In this document: in pieces, positions 13,721-26,873 of the stretch
How the letters are laid out: the number at the start of each line of letters is the position of its first letter
Position numbering within the stretch: position 1 is the first letter of the stretch
NCBI GenBank assembly: GCA_964016885.1
Contig: OZ024746.1
Coordinates: forward strand, 65,720,001 to 65,784,000
DNA from: Eledone cirrhosa
Lineage: Eukaryota
Direction of reading: 5' to 3'
DNA length: 64,000 nucleotides
Program-made: the position numbers and the translations under genes
Notes under the pieces: generated by a model
Database searches by the model: none
The model's input: the letters and a program-made list of their open reading frames with translations, nothing else
What the model was told of the DNA's origin: nothing

Positions 13721-15318
13721 TAAGTAAAGGTAAATAATTTGAGGCAAAAGGTTTGTAAGGTGAACTTTGGTTCTATTAAAATACAGAGTAACTGAAACAC
13801 ATGATAAATATTATATTAGAAGACTATGTTGGAGCTGTCAATAACAGGAATTCGATAAAGTAATAGCAGTCCATGTGCCTGTGTTTAGTTTTCACATGTG
13901 TAAGCAATAATATTGTTGATACGTTTCTTCGTGTGCGGAAACTGCGTTTCGAGAAATCTGCATTCCTGGCTGTAATAAATACTGGGGTTGATAACCGTAT
14001 GAGTGAAATAAAGAAGGATTTAGCCTTATCTTAAAATGCTTTACGTGATTTTATGGCGTCTAGGGTTTATGTTTTCTCACTTCAATAAATGAAAATACGA
14101 AACTTTTATAGAAGATTTCACACAGTAGCTCAGGAAATCAACATGTAATTATTTATAAATAACTTAAACAGAATATTTTCCTTTATAATTTTATGACCAT
14201 TCTATTTAATCGACTTCTTAGCACCTTTTCCATTACAATTTATATTATGTTATCGATTTTGAACATTTATAACCATTCAAGTAATATTTCTATGTGCAGT
14301 AACTTAGTTGAATTGTAAAACATAGATACGTCAGTCAGAATTATAAGTTAAATTATTTTGTTGAAAGGTGTTACCAATATTTCAGTGAAGCATAAATCTT
14401 GTATTAATGTAGTGTCAAATAAAAACTACAAACAAAAAATGTAATCGATACAATACACATGTCACACATTAGTTTAGATATTTTAAGAATAAGACCTGGT
14501 GGAACTACAATTTTATAGCTAAGTGACACAAGGGAAATATCAACTGTTAGATATGTGACTTAATTGGAAATATAAGTTGAGTAGCAATTAGAAATAGGTA
14601 AAAATATAAAAGGTATAAAATATAATTATACACAAAGGAATGCACAATAAGTTACTCTCGGAAATAACCCATGATACACAAGCTTTACGTTCTAAATTTA
14701 AACATCAGAAAAAATACAGAACAAAGAAGATATGCCCTGGGTACGCAACACACATCATAAGATATTATGTATTTTGAAGCCAGTATCAATAATTATTAGA
14801 TTTATGTAGCGTGACTTCTGGTGCTCTAAAACAAAGTGCCTCATACTTTAGTTAGATCCATGACGCAATAATAGCCGATACACTTTAAATTAAAGGAAAT
14901 AGTAAACTATGAGTTCTATGGTGTCTAGCTGCCTAAAACGAAATGGAAGACATACTGATTATTCATGACATGTATCGTAGAATGATCCTTTAAATAACAG
15001 CATGGGTTTAATTGTAATATTGATCGATAACGAGCAAAACACTCCTATTAACTATGTTTGTGTCACAGTAACTTTATACTAACTGCCTTGTTGACACAGG
15101 TAAGATGCGATAGACCAAAGAAACATAATTCACGAACAGAAGTTATAATTTCTGTAAATTTTAAATTATTTAGTATTCAATTTAAATGTTCGTTTTAATA
15201 ATTTCAATAATATACTGCGATACTGTTATATCAATAGTATCGGAACATCATATTACTTTTCGATAGTAAGAGTATCTGAATATGCTGTTACGTTTTATAC
15301 GCAATATTATTATTTTAT

Positions 15319-15508
15319 AGGGCGGTGAATTGTCAGTATCGGTAGAGGGCCGGATGCCTTGCTTTGATGCATAGAGTTACGGCCCTTGTCATTCTGAGTT
15401 CAAATCCCGCCGAGGTTAACTTTGCCTTTCATCCTTACGGGGTCGATAAAATAAAGTACCTGTAATGTACTGGGTAATTGATGGCCTTGTGCCAATAGTA
15501 GAAACAAT
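15319..15508 (+). mobile_element. tRNA-derived SINE, family A
   Basis: Full-length copy; attttatagg is repeated at both ends (possible TSD). Confidence 0.88.
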
Positions 15509-15802
15509 GATTTTATAGGACATTAAAAAGTTTCGTGGCGACAACAATGAATACTTAGAAATAAATGTTCTTCATTTACAAATTGAATTTGTCAACTTAC
15601 ACTTAAGGTTCACAGTTAAAATTTCTGCCATAAGTATAGATGCAAGGAAAAAAATTGGGGTATCATCTACGTAGACCATTATATAATAGGTTACTCAAAA
15701 GACTAATAGTTTCTATATAATACTGTGATAGAATCTCTTATCCCACTTCTAACAATCTATCTGACTATCTGTCATTCTATCTATCTATCAATCTTTCTAT
15801 CT

Positions 15803-18800
15803 CTCTGGGATGGACACACGCGTGAAACTTGCTGGGTAAGTTCTGCTTAAATTTCTATAGAAATTCTTGACTGTGAACCTTCATTTTTATACCAATTTGC
15901 CAGATCAAATTTTGATCTGGTCAGTCTCTCAAAATATTCTACGCCTTTAGGCGAAATAGTTCATACACAGTTTTTTTGAAAAAAACAACGTGAAGCTTCT
16001 TCACCAACATTTGAAAGAGGAAAGGGGAAGGTATGCTTACAGCTTCCCCCTTCCACTGTCATAGTAGCAGATGTCTCAGACAAAGGTCAGCCAGAGGCAG
16101 ATTTTTGTCCACCTGCTAACCAACAACTTGACGTTGCCATGGCAACAAACCAAAACGAAAAGTGTGAAACAATGAACAAAACAACACAACCAGCGGCACC
16201 AGCAACAATGATGACAAGACAACAACACCAACAAGAACAACTCCACAAAAAAGAAGAAACAATTTCGTTCGCACAAACTGTCCAAAAGACGGAACTATAT
16301 ACACAGATTGACATCTCTAATGCCGGAGAATTGCTAAGAGATGCCAAGCAATACATAACTTTTGGAGAGAATGGCGCTTTTAGCATCACTTCTCCCCAAG
16401 AATTGCGTAGAGACACTGTCCTGAAAACTATACTTTTCAGGACAATATCAAATACCACTAGAAAACCAGCTCAATTAACTCAAAATGAAACTGAGCTGGT
16501 TCTAAGAAACTCCATGAAGGATATTACCTTCATACAGAAGGGAAAACTCTTCGGGAGTTTATCGATAGTAATGAAAGACCAATTGACGGCACAGAAATAG
16601 TCTGTGTCTTCAATTGTGTCCCCCCTCTACACCTTTTCCCCTACATATATGGGAAAAAGGACCCCCAAAATAAGGGTAACGAGCATCACACTAAATGTAA
16701 ATATCTGGTGGACATTGAGTGGCTTTATCAACTTCGATGAAGACAATAATTTCGATAGGAAAGTTCTCCAGGAGTATATTTAACGTTACTAGCTTAGAAT
16801 TTCTGGTCCAAATGAGGCCAGAACGAATAGCTAGAATCCCACAACGGGTGCCTCTGGATGGAGTTTCCTACATAAACATTTCTGTTGGGGGTAGGTGGTC
16901 TTCATGTTACCACTGTTTAAGCAGTGGTCACTTGAAGGATTCCTGTCCTCAATTAACTGCGAAAAAAAAGGCACTACTGCCGACACCCAACACAACAACA
17001 CAACCACCACGACAACAACAACAACAACAACACACAAAAATAACCAAAACAAACCAAACCGCAAACACAGTCTCCCCAACCCCCCAATCCCCGCCTAAAA
17101 CAACTCCCAAAACACACACAAGCACAACAGCTCCCCAAAACGTACCCCTCCCCAATCACACAGACACCACAACGGAGGAGCCCCCTCATCATCACTCAGT
17201 GATGATGAGGGAAACCGCTCCGCTCCAAAACAAAAAAAAAACATAACACGAACAAAAAGGCAACAAACACACAACCACCAACACCGACTCAAACATTACA
17301 AACAAGAATCCCCCCTCCCGAAAACAAAACAACGACAACACTCCAAACACAAACACCTACAACAAAACGAAAACACACAGAAGAACAACAGACAAAAACC
17401 AACACAACACAACAAGAACATTCCACATACATAAACAGTGAAAACAAAACTTCAATGGAGGTCATCTCCAACGACACTTCGGGTAAACCGAAGGGAAAAC
17501 TTTTTCGAACTGTGTAGACAGAGCCAATTTAAAGATGATTCGGGTCGCTACGGACATCTATAAGTCTTTAAAGAAAAACTTTCCTAAGGACGTGGGTAAT
17601 CTCTGCGTTAAACCCATTAACCGCGTCTTTTTAAAATGTTTCCACACCCACATCCCAGACACCTCCACCCCAGACACCCCATTCCAACAGACACCCCATC
17701 CCCACCAATTTCTCCCTCCCTACCCAGCCAGAAATCACCACCCCACCAAAAAAACCCTCCAACACCCCCATGGAATTTGTGCAGATTGGTCCCCAGGAAA
17801 CGAAGAGGTGAGTGATTTATTTTCCTCAACTTTTAAATTTTCAGCACCAACATGGCCAATATAAGAGTTGGATGTGTGAATGTACGCGGCCTGAGGATGC
17901 TCTGGAAACAGGGCAAACTCTTAAACGACCTCAGGTCGCACAGTATGGATGTAGTAGCCATTTGCGAGTCCAGGATCCACAGCGAGCGACAACTAGCCTC
18001 CATCTTCGACGACTATGAGATCTACGCATCTCTCTGTCAGCTGGGTGTGGGTGGGGTTGCCGTTTTGCTGCGGAAACACCTGGACCTCGTAACGCAGACG
18101 GTACATCTGGACCCGGAGAGTCAACTGGTGGTCCTAGACGTTGACGGTAGTGAAGGTGAAGCCTTCAGGCTGGTGGCCGCATATGGTGGCCGCATATGCC
18201 CCATCCGGGACACCGCGGTCAGACTTCTTCAAACGTCTAGAGACTTTTCTGGGAACGTCCCGCTCCCTGCTGTTAGTGGGGGACTGGAATGGAATCCTAG
18301 AAGCACGTTTGTACTATGTGGGAGCATGTCCCGATAGAATGGGGGTGGGGGGGTGGGGGTGTAACAGCCTCAACAGTCAATCGGCCGATTTCAACTGGCC
18401 GATATATATCGACTAGATTTTCCAACTGTGCCACTGTAGACGTGGACCAACCATAGCGGAACATCTAGATCGTACCTAGATATGTTTCTAGTTCGACTTA
18501 GTGATAGGAACATGTTAAGCTGTCCACAAATGTTCATGGTTGCTTATTCATATCACGAACTAGTGACCTACTTAGTCAACCTTGATAGAACCCATAGACA
18601 GGGACCCGGTTACTGGAAGCTGAACTTGTCGTTACCGACATGCAAAGCCTACAGTAGACGGATTAGCACTTTAGTTAAGCGGCATTTGATGAGGTCCATT
18701 GTCAGCAACAAATGGTGGTACTCTCTCAAGAGGGCAGTCAGATTAGACTCGATAGGTTTGAGTAAAGAATTAGTGTTAGATAGAATTAAGACAGAAAAAG

Positions 18801-20530
18801 AACTAGTAGATAAAGTAGAAGAGGCACTTAGGATTGGCAACGTAGCCAGCGTGCTAGTGACGAGAACGGCCTTGGACCAGTTCTTCGACGCAAAGCACGA
18901 AGGCTGCGTTGTCAGGAGCAAAAGACGTGCTCTGGGAAACGAGGGAGCCGAAGCTGTTAGATGGGCCAGCTCGACAGAGGCGAAAAGTTGCAACAAGTCC
19001 AGGATCCTGTCTTTGAAGAACTAAGACGTGAGCCGAAGCAGATGTATGCGGCCTTTCTGCGGCACTTTGCTCAACTGTTCGGACAGCGAGGCGAAGTTCT
19101 GCGAAAGGCCGATTTCGGCCGCTGAGATAGAGGACGCGCTGAGCCAATGCGGCAAACGCAAATCTCCACGTCTCGACGGTCTACCCTACGAATTTTACGT
19201 AGCAATGCTAGACTTGTTCTCCGGTCTCCTGGAAGCGATCTACAGCAACTGGCAGCAGAACGGGAGAATTTTCAGTTCTGTGACGAAGGGCATAGTCACG
19301 TTAGTCAGGCAGGACGAGAATAAGGGGGATGACAGAGGCAACTTCCGGCCCATGACTCTGCTAAACACAGAGTTACAGATTTTGGCCAAGGTGTTGGCAA
19401 AGAGGCTGGCGCTTGTCCTCGAAAACCTGGTGGGAGAAGCGCAGACATGCGCAATCCCGATCAGATCCATACACGAGAACCTCTGACGATGCGCAAACAC
19501 GCGCTGAGGCTGCGGCACCTCCAACCGGACAACCGGTGTGGGCCCCGTTCGTTAGGCAAAGACCGAGGAAAATGGGCGACTGGCACATCGAATGTGCTCA
19601 GGTGCTCGCAGTCTTCTGGAAAACGGACTCGCCGATCAGTGGAGACTCCACTTCGTTATTCTATAATGGGTTAGTCCGCAGCAGGTGCGACGACGCGCAC
19701 GGAGAATTTCTGGGCGTAGAGGAGGATGACCTGGCCAGTCTGTTCGGTAGGACCTTCCGCCCGGGACCGATGGACAACTTCCAAAAGTCCCTGGCCTGGC
19801 AGTGCTACCGAGGAGCTGTACCAGTTCGAGACAAGCTCTACAGACACGGGCGCCCGGGCAGGGACCCTTCGAAAAAGGTCTGTCCGAGATGCGTGTGCGA
19901 CGAGGAAACAGTCGCGAACGCATTTGTACACTGCCCGGGCGTTACCGACCTGTGGGGATATGTAGAACGACTATTGTCGCGGATGGGACCAATCCAGTTG
20001 ACCACCGAGTCCACTGTCATGATCAAACCGCTACGCTCCTTCAAAAACGAAGGAGAGGCGGTTTTCCTATGTGTTATGGTTATGGTGAAAGAGGTTATAT
20101 GGTGGACGAGGTTAAAAGGGATGAGATCAGACACCTTTCTGTCCGGCGAACAACTGATTCGTATTTTCAAATATCATTTTGGAAGAAGAATCAGGATGGA
20201 GAGAGAGGTGCTGTAGCCCAGAAAATTTTATGAAAGATGGGTGAATGTGGCAAAGATGGCCCGAATGTTTGGGCTTTCTCTCTATTTAAGCCTGTAGGTT
20301 GAGGAAAAAGCGGAAGAGAGGAAGGGAGAACTCGCTCTTGGTGCTCCTGGAAATGAGGGTTGTACATTTTTTAGGGGTGTGTACAACCCCTGTGTAACGC
20401 CTCCCCTCTATTAAGGATTTCAATTGTTATTTGTTATTTTATTAATAGTTTTATCTTCATATACCTGTATGTAAACTCCCCATTTGTATTTTCCCCCCTC
20501 CTTTTGTGCCCTTGTGGATAATAAAGAAAT
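15803..20530 (+). mobile_element. L1/Tx1-type LINE copy 2 (decayed, RT core deleted), in (TATC)n
   Basis: ORF1 fragments with CYHCLSSGHLKDSCP knuckle (16719-17246). ORF2 fragments 17852-20297. Starts CTCTGGGATGGACAC after degenerate CTAT repeats; ends CCCTTGTGGATAATAAAGAAAT then (TATC)n. Confidence 0.92.
17852..20297 (+). pseudogene. ORF2 of LINE copy 2, frameshifted, large deletion near 19485
   Basis: NVRGL, ICESR, GDWN, GPGYWKLN, FRPMTLLN, then jumps to MRKHALRLRHL and CPRC..H..C. QGCPLS/YADD segment is absent. Confidence 0.9.
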
Positions 20531-20567
<37 letters not shown>

Positions 20568-20568
<1 letters not shown>

Positions 20569-23500
20569 CTGGGATGGACACATGTGTTAAACCTGCTCGG
20601 TAAGTTTTGTTTACATTTGTTTAGAAATTCGTCATTGTGAACTTTTAATTTTATTCCAATTTGTACAGGGACTGACAGGTCAAATTTTGATCTGGTTAGT
20701 CTCCCAAAATATCGTGCTCCTCAGGGCAAAAACATCCAACATATTTTCGAAAATATTTTTGCAAAACACTTCAGTTTAAAAAAATGGCCGATGCAAAGGC
20801 ACCTTCTTCTGGGAAAGCTATACCTACTTGACCAGCAGGTAGTAGCAGACATGGACAAATGAATGCCAACATTATCGCCTCAGCATTTAGAAGAGGAACA
20901 GCTTCAGCTGCTTGTAAGCAACTGAATACACGCCTGACGTCACAAACGTCACATGTATCCACACACACAGAAGGAAGCGTGTGTAGCAAATACTAACACC
21001 ACCACAAGCAACGACAACACCAACACAATAAATGAGAACAACAAAAATACAACAAAAGGAATCAGCGGCAACACAACGAATGAGACCATCATCACCACCA
21101 ACAACAACAACAATAACAAAATTTCATTTGCAGCAACCGTTGCTAAGCAACATGATTTTAAATATTACCCTATGGACATTTCCCCAAAGTCTCAATATTT
21201 GGAAGAAGCTTCCAACTATGTGACGTTTGAGGGAGACATCCCACACATACACATACCCCCACAAGTAAGAGAGATGACACAGAAAATGAAACTAATCTAT
21301 AGAACAGTTGACATCATTACGAAAAAAAGCCATAACGCTCCCAACAAGCACTATTGAAGCTGCACTAAAAGATATCAAGCCAGACGTGGCATACCTCCAA
21401 AGAGCCAAACAGTATGGAATTATGTCAGTGCTCTTTAAGAGCGAAACTCTGGCTCAAAAACACTCGGTTCAGCGAATAAAAACGGATCAACACATCTTCT
21501 TCCCCACATACATGGGAAGATCATACAAAATAAAAATAACCAGGATTCCAGGAGAGGTCAACATATAGTGGATCCTACGCTGCATCCTGAAGAAGGATGA
21601 GGCCACCCTCCTAACTGTAGACAGGACATACCGGAATGGCTGGTTGGGAACCTGCATCGAGGTTCTGGTACAAATGAAGCCAGAGCGAATTGAGAAAATC
21701 CCGGACAGGATCGTCCTTGATGAGGATGTCATCTCCATTGTAGTGGGGGGGAGGGGGGGGGGGGGGCTCAAGCCATAAGTGTGGGAAAACCACACACTTA
21801 AAGGCCTTTTGCCCTCTCTTAAACAAACCTAGGACAAACAAGGTGTTATTACCAACACCAAAACCCCAACATCAACACCCCAAACCAAACACAACACCAA
21901 AACCTGCAACATCCACTCCCACACCATCACAGACCTGACACAACCACACACAAAATCCCACTGAAAAACCCTCCATTGCTTCCTCCCTCCCTATCAAATA
22001 CTTCCACAAACACCTGCACAAACAGTCCACCACACAACATACCCCTCCCATCTAGCCCTGATTCAGAAGTCTCAGACACGGGAACCTCTACATCTCCAAG
22101 TGAAAATGAAGAGGAACCCCCAAATCCCCAAAACAAAAAAGAGACAAAAAAAAACACAAAAACAAAAACATCTACAGAAAACATGCACACACCCAACCCC
22201 TCAATAAACACACCGCCACAAACGACAAACACACCAACAACACAATCACCACCAACACAACCAAACACCTCACTAACAAAACAAACACCCACACCACCAC
22301 AATCACAAACCCAACCACAAAAAGAAAACTACAAACAGGAACAGCACATAAAAAACAAAACACATACACATACATAAAAAACAACAAACAAAGAATTGCT
22401 AGACACTGTCCGAAAGGACTCTACTATCCAAAAGGAAGGGAAAACCTTCCCCACCAACGACCCACCCCCACACCTCAAACTAATCAAGGTAACAACCCTA
22501 CAACATGAAACATTGAAAGGGACCTTCCCACATGATGTGGGCCTTCCTTGCCAAAAACCCCTTAACCGTGTCCTGCTAACAGGATTCCCTCGCTCCCCAA
22601 ACAGCCCCAATCTGGACATGGAGATCGAACAACCCGACCTCCAGGAAACGAAAAAGTAAGTGTTCCTGCCTTCTCTCTCCCTAACTCTTCTTCACCAACA
22701 TGGCGACTATACAAGTTGGGTCTTTGAATGTACGTGGCCTGGCATGTCCTGGAAACAGGACCAGCTTTTAAATAATCTCAGGGCACATTGTATAGATGTG
22801 ATAGCCATCATCGAGTCTAGGACTCACGACAGGCAGCAGTTAACCCCCATGTTCGATGGCTTTGAGATCTACGCATCTCTCTGTCAGCCAGGAGGTGGAG
22901 GGGAAGTTGCCGTTCTGTTTCGAAAAAACTTGGATCTCAAAGTACAGATGATTCACTTGGACCCGGAGGGCAGCTTGGTGGCTGGACGTGAATGGTAGTG
23001 AAGGTGGAGCTTTCAGACTGGTGGCCGTATATGACCCGACTGGGATATCGCGACCAGAGTTCTTCAAGCGTCTGCAGCCATTCCTGGGAACGTCTCGCTC
23101 CTTAGATACACGTTGGGACTATGTAGGAGCTTGGGATAATAGAGGAGGGTGTAATAGCCTAAAAAATTCTCATCAGCCAATTCCACCTGGCTGATAGTTA
23201 TCAACTAGACTTCCCAACTGTACCACGTGGAGCAACCGCACTGGGTCTTCTAGATCGTATTTAGATAGATTTTTAATTAGACAGAAATATAAGGAAACAT
23301 TAAAGCTGTCCACAAATGCACATAGATGCCTATTCAGACCACAAATTAGTAACCTGCGTAGTCAACCTTGATACGCATTCTACTTGAATCCAAGCAGATG
23401 TGCACGGCCTTCCAGCAGCATTTTGCACAACTGTTCGGGAAAAGCGGTACGTCAAGGGAGGTGATGGACTTCAGCTCCTACCTCGACGGCGGACCACGAC

Positions 23501-25899
23501 TGTCGAACACGGATGCGGAGAGCTGCAAAAGGCCGATCACAGCGGGCTAAATAGAAGATTCCCTAGGCCGCTGTGGGAAACCAAATCTCCCGGTTTAGAT
23601 TGTCTACCCTATGAGTTTTACATAGGCATGCCAGATTTGTTCTCTGGGGTCCTCGAAGCGGTCTACTGCAACTGGCAGCAGAACGGGAGGATTCCCAGTT
23701 CTGTAGGCAGAGGCGTAGTAACGCTGATCAGGAAAGATGAGAACAAGGGGGATGAGATAAGCAATTTCAGGCCCATAAACCTGCTCAACAGTTAGTTAAA
23801 GATTTTGGCCAAGGTGTTAGCAGCGAGGCTGGTGCTTGTCGTCGAGAATCTGGTAGGGGGAGCGCAAACATGTGCAATCCCGACCAGGCCCATACATGAC
23901 AACCGCTACCTCATGCGATACATAATAGAGAGTGTAGGGTGTAAACCCGGCTTTGGTGGGGCTCTGATCAATTTAGATGAGTGTAAGGCATTTGATAGGG
24001 TCGACAATCAATACTTGGAAGCGGTTCGCAAGGCGGCTGGCTTCGATACCGTCTTCAGAGGCTAGATCGCTGCCATGCACACCAGCATCTGCTCGGCAGT
24101 CAAAGTGAATGGCTACCTATCGGAGCCATTCCAAATCATTCGTTTCATCCGTCAGGGGTGCCCTCTCTCCTCCATTCTGTATGTACTGACTCTCGAGCCA
24201 TTACTGCGGAAGTTAGAGCTGTTGCATGGCATTCCGATGAAACCAGGACTGCGGAAAGCAGCGTCGGCCTATGCCGACGACATAACCGTAATGGTGTAGA
24301 AAACCTCGGACATCTTGGTAATCGGCAACCTATTACAGGAATACGAAATGTTGACAAGAGCAGGACTAAACCCAAACAAGTCTGTCGGTTTGCAACTCGG
24401 CACATGAGAGGCAAACACATGTCTGTTGACAGTGTCGCTGGATGCTGGATGCTGGATGAAATTGCTCGGTGTCTGGTTTGGTCCAGACCTCCAGGTGGAC
24501 AAGAACTGGAACGAGGTCATGGCGAAGGTGTTTGCACTCACCCAGAAGTCGGCTGGGTTCAAACTCTCCCTGAAAGGTCGAGCGGAGGTGGCGAACACTT
24601 ACATAGCGTCCGTCATCTACTACCGCTTGGCAGTCGTGCCTTGACCCCCGCGAATACCTCACCAAAACGCCTACTCTTCCAGTTACTCTGGAAGAAACAG
24701 GCTCCATTGGTGAGGAGATCCATCTGTTGTCAACACCCTTCTAACGGAGGGCTGAGCATGCCGTGGCTGATCATGCGTTGACACGCACTGAGACTACGCC
24801 ATCTCCAGGTGTTCCTGACCGGCGAACCGGTGTGGATGTCGTTTGTGAGACGAGCTCTTCCACAATCGTCTCACTAACAGAGCTGCAGTCCTGGGTCGAG
24901 CGAAGACCGAAAATCGGCGTCTGGCACGTCGAGTGCCTTCAGGCGCACACAACCCTCTACCAAGCGGAAACGGCAATCAGCGGAGACTCCACTTCGACAT
25001 TCTATAGGGGATTAGTGGAGGGTAAGTGCGACGACGTTCTCGGGGAAACTCTAGGCATCGAGGAAGACAAACTGACCAGTCTGTTCGGGAGGACATTCCG
25101 TCCAGGCCCTATGGATAACTTCCAGAGGTCTCTGGCCTGGCAGTGCTACCGTGGAGCTCTACCAGTTCGAGACAAAATCTACAGGCACGGACGCCCTGGC
25201 AGAGATCCTACCAAAAGGACCTGTCCAAGATGCGAGCAGTACATCGAAACCGTTCTGCACGCAATTGTTCAGTGCCGAGGGGTGACCGACCTGTGGAATT
25301 ATGTCGAACAGCTACTGTCACGTATAGGACGCATCCAGTTGTCAGTCGAGTCCATCGTGAGGATCACCCCACTGCCTTCATTTAATAATGAAGGAAAGGC
25401 AGTCTTGCTCTGTCTGGTGGCTATGGCAAAAGAGGTAATATGGTGTACGAGGTTAAAAGGATTGAGGGCAAGCACCTTTCACTCCGGACAGCAACTCATC
25501 CCCTTCTTTAAGTACGACTTCAGAAGGAAGGTGAGAGTGGAGAGAGAGGTGCTACACCCCAGTAAATTCGCTGAAAGGTGGGTGAATGCAGCGAAAATGG
25601 CCCAGATGAATGGGCCTTCTTTCTATATAAACCTGTAGGTTGAGAAAGATAAACAGAGGGAAGACGGGATCACCTACAAAACGTGTTCCTGGTGTTGAGG
25701 GTTCTCCTATCCACGGGGTGTAAAACAAACCCGCAGTAGCGTTACCCCCCCCCCCCCCCACACAATGGGGATTTCAATTGTTTTATTTTTATATAGTTTA
25801 TTGTTATTTATCATTGTTAAAGATGTTATGTAAAAACCCCGCCGTCACGTCTTGTAATGTCCCATTGTTGTACGCCCCTGTGGCAAATAAAGAAAGATG
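20568..25899 (+). mobile_element. L1/Tx1-type LINE copy 3 (decayed), head-to-tail with copy 2 in (TATC)n
   Basis: Same 5' start as copy 2 (CTGGGATGGACAC...GGTAAGTT). ORF1 fragments ending MEIEQPDLQETKK* (22659). ORF2 fragments 22700-25638. Followed by (CTAT)n at ~25900-25935. Confidence 0.92.
22700..25638 (+). pseudogene. ORF2 of LINE copy 3, many stops/frameshifts, deletion near 23367
   Basis: APE fragments; FRPINLLN, KAFDRV, QGCPLS, AYADD; CPRC..ETVLHAIVQC. Confidence 0.9.
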
Positions 25900-26666
25900 T
25901 CTATCTATCTATCTATCTATCTAGCTAGCTATCTACCCCTCCATTTATCTATCTTTATTTTTATGCACCTACGTATCTACCTATCAACCTAATCCCCTAA
26001 CACATTACATATCTCTCTATTTACATAACAACATATCCATATATGGATATTTCTACCTCTCTATCCTTGACACTCTTTATTTATCTATCTATCTATCTAT
26101 ATATATTTATATATAACTTTAATTTGAAAGTATGCGTGTTAAAAGTATATATATATCTAAATTTAAATTGAAAGTATGCGTGTTAAAAGTTTACGTGAAT
26201 ACATTCTATTTCTACATATTCTATCTTTTATATTTTTTATTGGCATTTTCTGGGTGTTCTTATATTTCCTTAATTATATGCTTGATATATTCATAAACCT
26301 TATAATCAATATTTTCTCTGCTAAATCATTGTAATGAATAAGTGAGCGAGATTTAACGTAGAACACTTAAAGTTCAAATGGTGCATAAAAAGGAAACATT
26401 GTAGTTTTTAAGCCACGCTCTATTGCACAATTGTATGAATACAGAAACGAAGACAGAGGTACTTGCAATGAATTAATAAAATTACACGTGAAAGGTTCAA
26501 ATATATAAATGTCTAAATATGTTTTTAAAATGAACCATGTTTTCAAACCATTGTTACATCGTACACGAACATTCAACACCATCTGAATTGAATGCACTGC
26601 TACAATAAATGAATTCCCTTTCACTTTATGACATATTAAACATAAAATTAAAATAACAATAACACG

Positions 26667-26727
26667 GAGAAGAAGAAGAAGAAGAAGAAGAAGAAGAAGA
26701 AGAAGAAGAAGAAGAAGAAGAAGAAGA

Positions 26728-26811
<84 letters not shown>
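26667..26811. repeat. Compound microsatellite (GAA)n(ATT)n
   Basis: Direct reading. Confidence 0.95.
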
Positions 26812-26873
26812 GTGGATTGGCAGCAAAGAGTTACGGCCCTTTATGGTCTGAGTTCAAATCCCGCTGAGGTTAA
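26812..26873 (+). mobile_element. SINE family A head fragment abutting LINE copy 4
   Basis: gtggattggcag...gagttacggccc...gagttcaaatcccgctgaggttaa directly after (ATT)n. Confidence 0.75.
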